In this document: positions 12,571-25,676 of the stretch, in pieces
How the letters are laid out: each line of letters opens with the position of its first letter
Position numbering within the stretch: position 1 is the stretch's first letter
NCBI RefSeq assembly: GCF_003918875.1
Contig: NW_025766976.1
Location: 744,001 to 808,000 of the forward strand
Direction of reading: 5' to 3'
DNA length: 64,000 nucleotides
Source of the DNA: Haliotis rubra
Taxonomy: Eukaryota
Position numbers and translations under genes: made by a program
The notes under the pieces: generated by a model
What the model was told of the DNA's origin: nothing
Seen by the model: the letters and a program-made list of their open reading frames with translations, nothing else
The model's database searches: none

Positions 12571-13303
12571 TGTCCCCAAAGTTTGTTTAGCTGTGATCTG
12601 TAGACATGCTTGTAAGGATCAAAGATACCAGTACTTAGTCTTGCTTAGATATTTTGCTTTAACGGTGTCTTAATGACTTCCAGGATAGGTCGGAGAGAAA
12701 GATCTGATGCATTCATAGAATTGCAACCTATTAAATATTCCCCAGTCTTAACCTGGCTGTATAACTGCAGCACAGTCCTTCTTTAGTTGGGACGCTGGCG
12801 CTGTCCGCGACACGGCACTCAGACCTAAGATAAACGCTACACGTGCAAATGAAACTGAGATTTTGAGGTTACCCGCTGTGTTATCAGCACAGCAACGTGG
12901 TTGTTATCGACGGAAAGCCCGTATCTCAGCCTTCCCTGTCCCGAGAGCCGCCAGAAAGCAGGTCCTAAGGGCGGAACGGACACGGATGGAGGAAAGCTGT
13001 CGTTAACAAAACACGTTTTATCCGTGCGTCTCGTGTTTCCAGTTTTCGTGAGACACGGACACTGAGAGATGTACACGCATAACGCATCTCAAAATGTTGC
13101 CAGGGACACATGCTGTTCGGTGATAACTGTCACGGCGCCAGCTACGGTCCAGGGAGACTGGACGGAAAATGATCCAGAATAGTAAGCAAATACACAACCC
13201 GATTGTTGGACACAATCATGAATGAACTTGCACTACAAGCACAACAACAAGCTGCTTGAAACAACAAGCTAACTAGCTAAGTAAACTCGCCTTACTAGAC
13301 CAG

Positions 13304-13573
13304 GCCCCGATTTCTCGAAACAACTTAAGTCTGAGTTTTGACTTAAGTTAGAGTTTTTACTCAAATTTGAGAAAATGCATTTCCCAGAATGAACTAAAAT
13401 CGATAATAAACTCAAACATAGTGGACAATTTGAGTTTGGTGGATAGATTACTTAAGATATTTGGGCTCTTTTATTTAAAAAATGCAGTTGAGTTTAAAAT
13501 TCAGTTGTTTCAAATTGTCAAACTCAGTTTGAAATTTGAGTAAAATCTTAAGTTTGTTTCGAGAAATCGGAGC
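13304..13573. mobile_element. Harbinger-type MITE
   Basis: TIRs GC(C/T)CCGATTTCTCGAAAC and a 3-bp CAG TSD. Confidence 0.8.
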
Positions 13574-14677
13574 CAGCTCAGGGATCAGACCATATATTGA
13601 CTGGTGACACCTAATGAGTGGGGGGTGATAAGGACCTAACTACTGCCACTTACAGGGAGAGTGTCGGGCCAATAAACATTTAACACCCCAAGTGATCAAT
13701 AGGTCAAACAGACCAGAACAAGATGTACCATCACAAAAACCAGTCTTGAGCTCCCAAGTTCAGTCCTCAGGTCGTCCCACGATGCGGCGATTAACAACTG
13801 GTAGCAGGCCGACATGCACAGAGCAGTCTAGACTTCCCCGTGTGTATCTGGATAACTGGCCACGTCCAGCTATAACGTAACCGCGCGGACGTCGCAGAGG
13901 ACAATACCCGACCCGTGGTGAAAGTTGGCACCTAGCCTCTGACCAGCAAAGAAATGTGCTAATACTTGGGTACATAAACGACTATAACTAACTTGTAAGC
14001 ATATGTACAGTGAAGGGAATATATGTATAAGTAGGCTCTACTACAAATAGATATACATGTAGGTGGATATTGAGACAATAGTTTGTAAAATTTTGTAGTA
14101 AGCAAAAACCCTGATAAAATAAGGGTATACATAAAGGTGGGAGCGGCATAAAAGCTTAAATATGTCCCTTATATTTGAAATTGTATCCATTTAAAACTGG
14201 ATAAATAATAATAGTTTTCTGTTGAATCCATGATTTGATCCTTAGCAAAGTGTGAATAGTATAGTAGTCTGCCATACAGACCCTGAAACAAACATATCCA
14301 AGAAAGCCCATGCGAGTCTAGAAGATGTGGCAAGTCTAGATTTCCACAGTTTCAGGCTGAAACTGAAGAAAGTCTCTCGGCTCCTTTTCATTATATTTTA
14401 CGATTAGTTTTTCTTCTTCTGTAAACTGTGTTCCTTTCAGAGACTAGATGTTAGTCTATGTTTACAGCTACAAACATTGATGGTGATATTCACTTCCCAG
14501 AAAAGGTAATCCAACTTCCGAAATTAAGACAAGGCACAGTATGGGAGCAGCATAAACGCTCATATCTTCCTTATAAACACAGGTACAGGAGTCTAATATA
14601 AAAAAAGCTAGTAAACTCATCTACAAGAGGGTACATACATAGGTGTTAAAAGATGTTAATTTCAATGCATAACAAGT

Positions 14678-14832
14678 ACTGACTGACTGACTGACTGAGT
14701 TTGGTTTTTCGCCGCTTTTAGCAATATTCCAGCAATATCACGGCGGGGGACACCAGAAAACGGCTTCACACATTGCACCCATGTGGGGAATCGAACCCGG
14801 GTCTTCGGCGTGACGAGCGAACGCTTTAAGCA
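14678..14832 (-). mobile_element. SINE family A
   Basis: Full reverse-complement match with an (AGTC)n tail. Confidence 0.85.
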
Positions 14833-15134
14833 CTAGACTGCCCCACCGCACCTTCGGCGAGAGAGGCGTGAGGTGGTGAGGAGAGAAATGTGGGACAGGG
14901 TGTAGAGAATGGAGGAGCTGGGAAGGAGAGCATTTCAGATTTCTTACTCTTGTGATGAATCAGACTTGACTCTTGTCGTGATCAGCAAATAATTAACCAC
15001 ACATCACCTCCGTCATCAACCCCAGGGATCCCTCTCTATTTGGACATTTGTCGGAAAACAAGACAAAGCTACGTTTAAATAGTCCCATTCATACCACACC
15101 AAAGTCGTTATCCGGCGCTACTCACATACGAATA

Positions 15135-15358
15135 CACCCGTGATGATCCGGCTTAGAATTGATCTTCAGTAACCCATGCTTGTCGTAAGAGGCTACTAAC
15201 GGATCGGGTGGTTAGGCTTGCTGATTTGGTTGACACATGTCATCGGGTCCCAATTGCGTAGATCGATGTTCATGCTGTTGATCACTGCATTGTCCGGTCC
15301 AGACCGCCGCCGTATGGCTGGAATATTGCTGAGTGCGACGTAAAGCTAAACTCACTCA
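15135..15358 (+). mobile_element. SINE family B, full length
   Basis: Starts cacccgtgatgatcc and ends (ACTC)n; TSD ctca(c/t)atacgaata. Confidence 0.88.
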
Positions 15359-15417
15359 CTCATATACGAATAGGTGACGCAACAATCTACGTCAGAAGCA
15401 CTACCCTTGTATTATTT

Positions 15418-15540
15418 TGGGATGATGGTTAAAGCGTTTTCTCGGGATACTAAAGGCCGTGCTTCGATTCCCCACTTCAGTAAAGATGAAGCCCATACCT
15501 AGAATATTGTTGAAAGTGCCATAAACCCATAGTTACTTAG
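15418..15540 (+). mobile_element. SINE family A, degenerate
   Basis: tggttaaagcgtt...ttcgattccccac...gaatattgttgaaagtgcc. Confidence 0.6.
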
Positions 15541-15707
15541 TGCCATAAACCCATAGTTACTTAGTGCCATAAACCCCTAGTTACTTAGTGCCATAAACCC
15601 ATAGTTACTTAGTGCCATAAACCCATAGTTACTTAGTGCCATAAACCCATAGTTACTTAGTGCCATAAACCCATAGTTACTTAGTGCCATAAACCCATAG
15701 TTACTTA
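15516..15707. repeat. 24-bp tandem repeat x8 (gtgccataaacccatagttactta)
   Basis: Near-perfect tandem copies. Confidence 0.95.
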
Positions 15708-15786
15708 CACACAAATGTCTAAGATCATGCCAAGCAGGAAATGACGCGAACTGCTAACAAAGGCTTTGCAACTACGGAGTGAGTTA

Positions 15787-15960
15787 GGGACCGTTCATAA
15801 TTTATGGCGTGTCATATACAAAATCAATGACCCCCTCCCTTCCCATAATTTTTAAGCATAATACTTTAATATTACTATGTACAAAATTGCTGACCCCCCC
15901 TTAGTACACGTGCACAAAATCGATGACCCCCTTCGCCTGCCTCCCCAGAACCAGATGGGT
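15787..15960. mobile_element. truncated inverted copy of the Harbinger-type MITE at 5959
   Basis: TTA|GGGACCGTTCATAATTTATGG terminus and matching internal sequence. Confidence 0.65.
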
Positions 15961-16059
15961 GAACCTGGATACTAATCTACGATGTCTGGCGTTCCCAAGG
16001 GACGCTCCAGCGAATTATGGCACCACAAATAACACTGCCACCAATCCTTGAGTCAAAAC

Positions 16060-16197
16060 CAGGGGCGGATACAGATTTTTGAGGAAGGGGGGTAATAAAC
16101 TCTCAGGACAAAAGGAAAAGGGGGGTGGGGTGTGTGCGCACCCCTGCATACACACACACGCACACACACACACACACACGCTCTGGGTCCGCCTATG
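16060..16197. mobile_element. small MITE-like element containing a (CA)n tract
   Basis: Inverted ends CAGGGGCGGATAC / GGGTCCGCCTATG; no clear TSD. Confidence 0.4.
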
Positions 16198-16343
16198 ATC
16201 ACATATCCTGTGACGTAGATGTTAGACATTTTACAACTAGATATCGCTTCACAACAATGGGGGTGTCGAAATCATCTCCACAGCTAAAGAAACAACGTCA
16301 GTTTTGTTACATGCAGTAGTGCGGATTCTAAAGTACATCTTAA

Positions 16344-16677
16344 GTGGTCGGGTAACCTTGGGATTAAATCATTCGCTCGTCACACCGACAAGTGAGTGAG
16401 TGAGTCTAGTTTTACGCCGCAACATTCCAGCTATATGGCAGCGGACTGAGACCAGACAATCCAGTGATCAACAGCATGAGCATCGATCCACGCAACTGGG
16501 ATACGATGACAAGTGTCAACAAAGTCAGCGAGCCAGACCACCCCATCCCGTTAGTCGCCTCTTACGACAAGCATGGGTTGCTGAAGATCAATTCTAACCT
16601 AACTTCGCAGGATCACCGACGAGTCGTTTACGATTCTGGAACAGTGCTAAAAGCGGCGTAAAACCATACTCACTCAC
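16344..16677. mobile_element. nested SINEs: family B (-, ~16391-16615) inserted in family A (+)
   Basis: Family A head at 16344-16390 and tail at 16616-16677; duplicated caccgac at the junctions. Confidence 0.75.
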
Positions 16678-17526
16678 ACGCTCTAAGGGGGCAGCAAAAT
16701 GACTGAGGCTCTCGTAAAATGTTGAGATGAGGCCGTGACCGTCATTTTTAGTGAACAGTTTGTAGTGTAACTGAATCGTTAAGATACCACTGATGCCTAA
16801 TAAAATAGGTAAATATCGAATCCAGAATCTACAGCACGTCTCCGACTTTATCATTGTGTTTGTGAATCACTATCAAATATTGATGATAACAGGTGTTTAC
16901 TGTTAGCACTATGTTCGTCTCCAGTGACAAGCGGCTCACATCACATGATCCCGGCTGTCACTAACACGCAGGGGAGAAAACTAAAAGGACACATAAATAA
17001 CATTGTGTCTTAACACAATGAAGACACAATGCCTTTTACAGAGTAGTCAAATGGCGCAACTGTTCTATTATAGATTACACTTTCTAAATGAAGTTACAAA
17101 TCTAGTACCTTTGGGTGAGTGGCGTTAAGGTTGCGAGCCAACATTTTAGATTAATCACTTGGCACACAAAGACAGCGATCTCACCCACTCACCCACCAAC
17201 GCTTCCACAGAAATGAAAGTCAGATAATTACAATACCGAACAGGACTCAAATCAAAAACAGGGAAGTGTAATCCCAAATGTATCATTTGTTGCCATGGTA
17301 AAGGACAAATCGTGTTGTATATCGTGTCCGGTTTCCGTATGTTAGTATGAAGATGCCACCACACAATTAATAGAGGATACAATTTAAATATGGTTGTGTA
17401 ATATACGTGAAGGAGTGGCAAAATGTGTTCCAGAGGTATCTGACAAAACCATCACGCACAGTATTTAAGCAGATCGTGTCAGAAACAGGTTATATCACTG
17501 GTACAATTTGTCCTTTCAATATATAC

Positions 17527-17612
17527 CGCCTCCGTTGTGTAGTGGTTAGAGCGTCCCCCCGGAGAGCGGAGGTAGCGGGTTCGAACCCCGGCCACGTCAT
17601 ACCAAAGGACGT
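17527..17612 (+). mobile_element. SINE family C head only (tRNA-derived)
   Basis: GTAGTGGTTAGAGCGTC...GGTTCGAACCCCGG..CGTCATACCAAAGGACGTT matches the head of the 30192 element. Confidence 0.6.
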
Positions 17613-17917
17613 TGTAGTGTAGGATATCTTTTTGAAGCACCATTCATTCCACAATTCTACTCGTATTAGCAAGTTGTCTTTAGGACAAAAGAAGACTTTG
17701 TGATAATACCAGCAATAGATTCTCAGAAATAGTTCAAAATTAACTGAAAGCTGGAAGTTATATGAACTCATTTCCTGATATAACTGGTGTGGGGTTAGCC
17801 TAGCGGTTAAAGTGTTTGCTCGGAATACCAAATATCTGGCTTCGAATATTCACATGTATATAATGTCTAAAGCCAATTATATATTTATGAAGTAACATGT
17901 TATCGGGTGTACTAATC

Positions 17918-18060
17918 NNNNNNNNNNNNNNNNNNNNNNNNNNNNNNNNNNNNNNNNNNNNNNNNNNNNNNNNNNNNNNNNNNNNNNNNNNNNNNNNNNN
18001 NNNNNNNNNNNNNNNNNNNNNNNNNNNNNNNNNNNNNNNNNNNNNNNNNNNNNNNNNNNN
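17918..18060. other. assembly gap (N)
   Basis: Run of N. Confidence 1.
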
Positions 18061-18106
18061 CCGTTTGTATTGTAACTGTGACCACCAGAAAGTCTCACAG
18101 AGATAC

Positions 18107-18269
18107 GAGTGAGTGATTATGATTTTACGCCGCTTTTAACACTTTTCCAGCAATATCACAGCGGGGGACACCAGACATGGGTTTCACACGTTGTACCCAT
18201 GTGGGGAATCGAACCTGGTCCTTCGGCGTGACCAGCGAACGCTTAACCACTAGGCTACCCCACTGCCCC
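18107..18269 (-). mobile_element. SINE family A
   Basis: Full reverse-complement match. Confidence 0.85.
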
Positions 18270-19299
18270 ATATCCGGATACAGACCAATATGGGAATACT
18301 TACCCACTGAACAATGAGTTGGCATGTCTAACTCAGCTCCTGAAATAAAGCATTGCTCTGGTTTCATTTGGATTTTTCAAACATTAGATGTCTAATATAT
18401 GGAATTATTTCAAAGTTTTAAAGCAAAATATATTTAATAATAGAACCATGCAGAAGTGTTCCGTAAGCTGTGTTTACGCCAGTATAATTCATGTTTTAAG
18501 TAATATCGCTAACTTCAGAAATTCTTTAAATCGGACACATAATAAAATCAACCGCAATAATTCCAATGTTTCTCTTATTTCGACCACCACATGTTCCTCG
18601 GCTGTTGCTTTACTAATAACGTGAAATCCTTCATTAAGGATTGTGTAATCCTGGACTAAACTTCAACGACCAGCAGCGCTACGAGCTTCCCTTTCATGCC
18701 AAGATCTCAATTTATATATGTCACACAGTTCAAAACGGCGTTAAACCAGTTTCGCATTCTCTCGGATTTGTGGGATATAGAGTACCTTCTCTTTCTAGTA
18801 TCAATGACAACATTAACAGTTTTCTGTCATATTCAAAGTGATAGGATCTCTATGATTGAATGAATGATAACGAAAAAGTGATAAAACGATTAATAAAGGA
18901 TTATCTTAGCAGGATCTGACTAGGACGTCAATCATGACAGCCCTGTTTCTCCTCAACACACAGTAAATTACGCTGTTGTGTTTTTCTCCCTGTGTTCATG
19001 CTACAAACAGCCACACCTACTTGGATCGGAAATGTGTGTCTGTAAATAAGTATGGACCGACAATCCAGTGATTGACATCTCGAGGATCGATCAACAATGA
19101 TGTTTCCCTCTGTGCACCAGAATTCTGAATTACTTACCTCTCTACTCTAATGCTGCAGGTCAGTACACGTCTTTGCCAAACACCTCAAGTTTCCTTGTAA
19201 TCCATACTTGGTATAGTTGAGAGTAAACCATCAAACTGGTCAGACTAAGGTTTGACCACCACGTTTTGTCAAATATCACGAGGGACGTTGTAAGTGAAT

Positions 19300-19900
19300 T
19301 GACTGCGCCAACACGTGCTGAAAGTGAGACTGGGGTTCACGGGGCATTGATCTATGACACGGCCAGGTTAAAGGTCACACACTTGTTCATCCCACCAGGA
19401 GTCAGAAACTGTGTCAAAACATATACTGACCACAAAAACAAATGCGACCAAAATTGTTTTTGCAAACTTTTCACTCGAATACTGAGAACAAACTAGCTGA
19501 ATTTGTTGATGATCCTGTTCAGGCAAAAAAATAGAAAAAATGTTTTCTGCTTGTGACAACATTTTGCAGTGCAAATGTTGAAGTAATTTCTGAAGATACA
19601 AAAGAACAAGATAATAATAAGCTTTGTTGCCAGATATTTTCGCAAAGGATTTGACAAAGTAAGGAGGGTCGGTCGATGACATAAACTTGACATGAATTAG
19701 AAGAAGGTCTTTGATCCAGGTTTAGACAATGGACCACAACATTGCAAGTTAAGTTACCATTAACCACCAGCTCTCTGATTTTATTTGCCACGGTGGTGTA
19801 CGACAGGGTGAAAAGCTCTCCCCCTTCTAATTCCTGTGTTCCTAAATGATCCTTCCAATATTTGCTGAACAATAAATGTAAAGATGTGAATACACAATGC
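19300..19900 (+). mobile_element. heavily decayed LINE reverse transcriptase fragment
   Basis: Residual RT motif GGVRQGEKLSPF near 19790-19828; many stops and frameshifts. Confidence 0.55.
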
Positions 19901-20111
19901 TTTTAAAAGGTAATATAGCATGTATAATATCTGGGATTAGACTTTTTCGGTAAAGTACAGATTCTAGATAGTAGTTTTCTTGCAAACACAAAGTCAGCGG
20001 TGTAACCGACTCAGCTACCGCGGTTTCCACAAACCAGAAGTCTGATAACTGGTAGTGTAGATCGTGTACCCCTCTGATAAGTGTAAGTTGCATGCACGTG
20101 CCTTTTAGAAT

Positions 20112-20277
20112 GTGAGTGAGTGAGTGAGTGAGTTTAGTTTTACGCCGTACTCAGCAATATTCCAGCTATATGGCGGCGGTCTGTAATAATCGAGCCTGGA
20201 CCAGACCATCCAGTGATCAACAGCATGAGCATCAATCTGTGCAATTGTGATACGATGACATGTGTCAACCAAGCCAA
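20112..20277 (-). mobile_element. SINE family B, 5'-truncated
   Basis: Consensus match with a (GAGT)n tail. Confidence 0.85.
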
Positions 20278-21499
20278 CCCAAAGGGAAGAATTACAGAGA
20301 CCTAAAGGATCAACCTTCATTTGAGAAATATATAACTAAACAAAAGTAAAATATTTTCCTATATAAAAATGCCAAACTACAATTCATAGATTGATTACCA
20401 GTTGAAAATGGTCGTTGGCTAAACCGCCAAACACCTACTCTGTGTTCCGGTTGTTGATGTAGATGAATTGCGTCATCTATTTCTCTAACACCGATATGAA
20501 CCTTAAAATAACTTAATAGAAGCTGAATTTTCCATATATTACATTTTAAGACCATTAAGAGTGAAAGAGATCTAAATGGTTTCTGGATGGTGTATGTAAT
20601 TGAATCCCAATTGCGTAAATCGATGCTCAAGATGTTAATCACTGGATTTTCTGGTCCAGACTTAATACTTTATAGCCCGCCGACCTTAAACAGCCAATCC
20701 AAAAAGTGTTTCTGTAATTTCTTCATATTCTCCAGATGATACAACTGGTACAACCATTAGCCTCTGTGTATCCCATTTTCATTACTCTTCGTAAATACTG
20801 CCATTTCCAACCTACTGGAAAGTGTACAAAAATAATCCCATGCACCATGGTTGGTGTGTGTGTTTCAGGAGAATTAAAAATGTTGAGTTGATAAGTTGTG
20901 TTCAAATAATTATGACAAGGACAACGTGCAGTCAAGCTGTATCTAAAATAATCACAGACTTTCTTCAGCACAATACAATAGTTATCTTCCTGACACGACT
21001 AGTGGGCGTTCTCATAACAACCTGCGTGGTTTTCGTCAGACAAGTTAACTGCAGTCAACTAGTAATTGTTGACAGTCAGCTCAAACTGAATATAATCAGC
21101 TTCCAGTTTATCATGATCCTTTTCCTCTATTCCTTTGATGTTTGTTCGCCCCGACCATGTTTCTTGCTTTGTCAGCACCATACCTGTATTTGTGGGCTTC
21201 ACCAATGTGGGATACGTCAGAGACCATCATCACTTCGGGTTTTCTTCCCACATCAAAAAGGCACGCCGTGGTGTTACTTGAATACTGTTCAAAGCGGCGT
21301 TAAACCCAACTCACTCACTCACTCACTCGCCCACATGTTGCATCATCTTTCAATTATTAAACCTGGAGAAATAATTTCATCTTTGACTTTGTTAAGAACT
21401 GGGCAGTGTTTCCTAATTACTTAGTTATGTGTAAATCAATTGCTTGCTTTGTGTGGATTACTGTTAAGAGGTATTGTCCGTTGTGAGTCATCTGTAACA

Positions 21500-21610
21500 G
21501 TGAGTGTGTTTAGTTTTACGCCGCTTTTAGCAATATTCCAACAACAGCAGGGAACACCAGAAATTGGCATCACACGATATACCCATTGAGGAATCGAACC
21601 GTTTTACCAC
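21500..21610 (-). mobile_element. SINE family A, deleted copy
   Basis: Tail and partial head match. Confidence 0.65.
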
Positions 21611-22461
21611 TAAATACTAGGTACAGTCACTGTCCACTTCAAATATTTCCGCAGAAAATGTACACTCACCACTGATGAATTGCTTCACAATTTTAACTTT
21701 TACACTTTAAAGCATTTAATCACTTATCATTTGGAATCGGTCTGATAGGAACTGTAATTGTTTTAAAAACAAACCCTCGAAGGTGATTCACAAAACAATA
21801 AATTATACCAGTTGTTTATAACCACAGTTATTACAAATGATTAAAAGAAATAGTTACATATTACGTCATTGCAGTTTAATTTCAAATTCTAATGCAATAC
21901 TGTATGCAACGAAGAAAAGAATTAAAGTCGATACTTACATAATGTGTAGTCATTTCTATCAATAACACCATTCAAAACCTTACGTTATCAACTTATCGAC
22001 GTAAGGCCATCGGATATACCCACGTGTGATATGGCCTCCACGTCAACACACATCAGAGGCGAGATGTCAGTTGATCGATATTCACACCAGCGGTGAAATG
22101 AACACCACATACACATTGCTGCTGCAGCTGTGTCCTTCTATCTGAACTCCACCAACTGTACATATGCATGCATAAAGCCGCATGTCCGTCATTGCCGTAC
22201 TGACCAGCCGGGCAAAAGAAAGTACACGCCCATATTCGATGGCGGCTAAAATGAAACTAGCAAGAAATGGTTATTCGATGAAGATTTGTTTGTCTCACAG
22301 TCTCTGATCCGCATTATTTTCCCTTCTGCCCTGCCCTTCCTGCAAAGCTTAAGCCCTAAAGTTTACTTTCTGAATGTCACATTTCACTGGTACTCGTTTT
22401 AAATAGAAATGGAATTACTTGTTTCTTATTCAGATCAATATGATATTATTATTTAATTATA

Positions 22462-22634
22462 NNNNNNNNNNNNNNNNNNNNNNNNNNNNNNNNNNNNNNN
22501 NNNNNNNNNNNNNNNNNNNNNNNNNNNNNNNNNNNNNNNNNNNNNNNNNNNNNNNNNNNNNNNNNNNNNNNNNNNNNNNNNNNNNNNNNNNNNNNNNNNN
22601 NNNNNNNNNNNNNNNNNNNNNNNNNNNNNNNNNN
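22462..22634. other. assembly gap (N)
   Basis: Run of N. Confidence 1.
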
Positions 22635-23037
22635 AAATTATACATTTTATGTATAATTATTATCATAATAATATATTATATTAAGCGTCAGTCAAGATGG
22701 TAAGCATTGATACGAATATCATCTCAGTGTTCTCAACTATAAGCTTGCAATGTTTCGGCGAGTGTTTCCAGTTCAGGAACGTGTTGATAAAATTTACAAT
22801 TTTTGACAGTTTTGAAATGTATATTATTATTGTCTGGAAGTTTATGTTATTATGTATATAAATCTCGCAAAGCATCCTCCCAGTAACGCAGCATATCGAC
22901 TGTTGGTGTATATTCCATTCATCTGATGTGTTTGACACGTGGTTGTTGGCTTGCTCGCCTTCAACTACGGTGTTTAATATGTGCATGAAGACAGCTGGCG
23001 GGTATCTTTTTCACAGGCAGCATCTGCCACACTACGG

Positions 23038-23190
23038 ATTCTCTCTCAAAACATTCTCCCGCATCAGTCGGAGGAAATGATAATGAAAAAATAACACACA
23101 CGCTGTTGGTTGTTTAACGCCGCACGAATTCTCCCTCAAAACATTCTCCCGCATCAGTCGGAGGAAATGATGATGAAATAATAACACACA
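23038..23190. repeat. 63-bp direct duplication flanking a 27-bp SINE tail remnant
   Basis: Copies at 23038-23100 and 23128-23190; the spacer contains gttggttgtttaacgccgcac. Confidence 0.8.
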
Positions 23191-23212
23191 TGTACAGACG
23201 CCGTTCAGGACT

Positions 23213-23463
23213 AGTTGTTTGGTTGGTTGGTTGTTTTACGCCACACTCAGCAATATTCCAGCTATATAACGGCGGTCTGTATATAATCTAGTCTGGACCA
23301 GATAATCCAGTGATCAACAGCATGAGCATCGATCTACGTAATTGGGATACGATGACACGTGTCAAAACCATGTTAGCGAGCCTGACCACCTGATCCCGTT
23401 AGTCGCTTCTTACGACAAGCATAGGTTACTGAAGATCAATTCTAACCTGGATCTTCATGGGTC
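23213..23463 (-). mobile_element. SINE family B, full length
   Basis: TSD ccgttcaggact (23201-23212 / 23463-23474). Confidence 0.9.
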
Positions 23464-23484
23464 CGTTCAGGACTGACAATCCTT

Positions 23485-24051
23485 GGGAAGATCCGCGTTA
23501 GAATTGGTTCTCAGCAACCTATACTTGTAAGAGTGGACTAACGGACCGAGCACATGGTCAGGCTCGCAGACTTGGTTGACACATGTCATCGTATCCCAAT
23601 TGCGTATACCAGTGTTGATAATGTCAGTCAATGGACTGTCTGGTCCAAGGTCGATTATTTACAGACCGACATATACGTGTCATATAGTTTAAATATGTTT
23701 GCTCTAAACAATAGTGAGTGAGTATGGTTTTAAGCAGTTTTCCAGCAATATCACGGCATGGGCACCATGATTGGGCTTCACAAATTGTATCCATGTGGGG
23801 AATCGAATCCGGCTCTTCAACGGACGCTTACTATCTCATGCACCGTCCCGCTCTAAACAATAAACATCAGGCCAGACAAAAGTGATATTGTTTTAGAGTG
23901 TGAGTGAGTTTAGTTTTACGCTGTACTCAACAATATTCTAGTTATATGGCGACGGCCTGTAAATAAACCAGACAATCCAGTGATCAACAGCATGAACACC
24001 GATCTACGCAATCGTAATACTATGACATGTGTCAACCAAGTCGGCGAGCCT
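23485..24051. mobile_element. SINE cluster: family B (+, 23485-23700), family A (-, 23713-23850), family B (-, 23897-24051)
   Basis: Consensus matches; the family A copy has TSD gctctaaacaata. Confidence 0.8.
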
Positions 24052-24073
24052 GTTATTGTTTTAGAGATACTCT

Positions 24074-24241
24074 NNNNNNNNNNNNNNNNNNNNNNNNNNN
24101 NNNNNNNNNNNNNNNNNNNNNNNNNNNNNNNNNNNNNNNNNNNNNNNNNNNNNNNNNNNNNNNNNNNNNNNNNNNNNNNNNNNNNNNNNNNNNNNNNNNN
24201 NNNNNNNNNNNNNNNNNNNNNNNNNNNNNNNNNNNNNNNNN
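24074..24241. other. assembly gap (N)
   Basis: Run of N. Confidence 1.
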
Positions 24242-24711
24242 AGGCTGTCCTGAACAATGTGTTGAACAATATATATATATATATAGACTTGTGTAATTCT
24301 AGTTGTCATGTTGATGTTGAAGTTAATCCTTATTAATCTTTAGAGCATTTACAAAACCGCAAAGAAAGGACACTCTCAAATAAACCGTAATTTAATTTAG
24401 ATTTATAACAACTATTACATCATTAATTCTGTGACGATGATGTGTATATGACCTGAACTCGTTCAAGTGACTTCCCTCAATTTTAGTTTGAATGATTTGC
24501 CCTATGACTGTCGTAAATGCTTTAACATATACGCTTACAGTAACTGCGCCACTAAGATCGCATTGTGTAAGGCTAGACGCGTGACTTCATCATTTGACGG
24601 ACGTGACGGGGGTCAAACGGCCGAGTAACTCTTGCCGTATGGGTGACGCCATTAAATTTGATGAATGTGTAATGAAAATGTCAGTGGAGATGCAGCATAG
24701 TTTACTCGTAT

Positions 24712-25100
24712 GGATTCCGGGTTAGACCTAGGGCGTTGGGGTAGCCTGGTGGTTAAAGCGTTCGCTCGTCACGCCGAAGACCTGGGTTCGATTCCCCACA
24801 TGGGTACAATGTGTGAAGCCCGTTTCTGGTGTTCCCCGCCGTGATATTTGCTGGAATATTGCTAAAAGCGGTGTAAAACTATACACACTCACTCGGCAGG
24901 TTAGAATTGGTCCCCAGCAACCCTAAACCTATAAGTGACACTGAATGGATCGGGTGGTGAATGTTGGTGACACGATAGATGGTATTGCATCGCACCGTAA
25001 TAGCTAGAGTTGATGCTCATAATTTCGTGGTCTGGACAAGTTAATTGTTTACAGCGCTCTCCTACTGAAATATTGCGGCACGTAAATAAATAGCGAAAAC
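24712..25100 (+). mobile_element. well-conserved family A SINE (24730-24893) inserted in the 5' end of an older family B copy
   Basis: gggttaga is duplicated around the family A copy, followed by a degenerate family B body. Confidence 0.75.
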
Positions 25101-25559
25101 AAACCTAAAGTAGTGAGGTCTACGATAGTGGATGTGATAGGTGGGTGCCAAATTCAGAGGAAAATATTCTTATTTGACTGACACACGTACACGTAAAGGA
25201 CTTTTTTAAAACAAACAAACGAGAAAACAAACCCCACCTTACGTAATAATTAAACGTTTAATATGCTTTTTAATGCGTATGATGTAATTTGTACATAAAC
25301 GGTTATTGACTCTTTGTGATCAGTCATAACGAAAAGAAGTTGTAGTTTTAATAATCGGATGACCAACTCTTCAATAAATTCTCGAGTTGTTTAATTATTC
25401 TTTCGGGGGGTCTAGTGTAATGAAAAATGGATGGGCTGTTTATTAGAGTGGACCTGCACTTAGGAAACGAGAATAGAATGTTTTAACCTTTCATGTTGTT
25501 ATTTTGTTTGTCGGGAATCAATCTATATTTCCACTACAGTTACACTACAATGTCGAGTG

Positions 25560-25676
25560 CGGTTTCTATCCCAATCGGAATGCCATAGCGATTTTACCCG
25601 TGGACACATCGATCATTCGTCATAGCTGGCGCTCACAAAATTTCCTAGCGGAAACCTGAAATGTCACTTGGTGAGT
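25560..25676 (+). promoter_or_regulatory. candidate promoter and non-coding first exon of the PP2C-like gene
   Basis: CCAAT ~25572, CGGAA motifs and a strong donor TTG|GTGAGT at 25671, just upstream of where CpG depletion begins. Confidence 0.3.

Noticed and set aside
21930-22260. Exon-like CpG-rich block with a minus-strand GTAAGT donor
   Set aside because: No coherent ORF or partner exon could be supported from sequence alone.
24730-24800. tRNA-Asp gene
   Set aside because: It is the head of SINE family A, continuing into the SINE body and tail, with no convincing acceptor stem.
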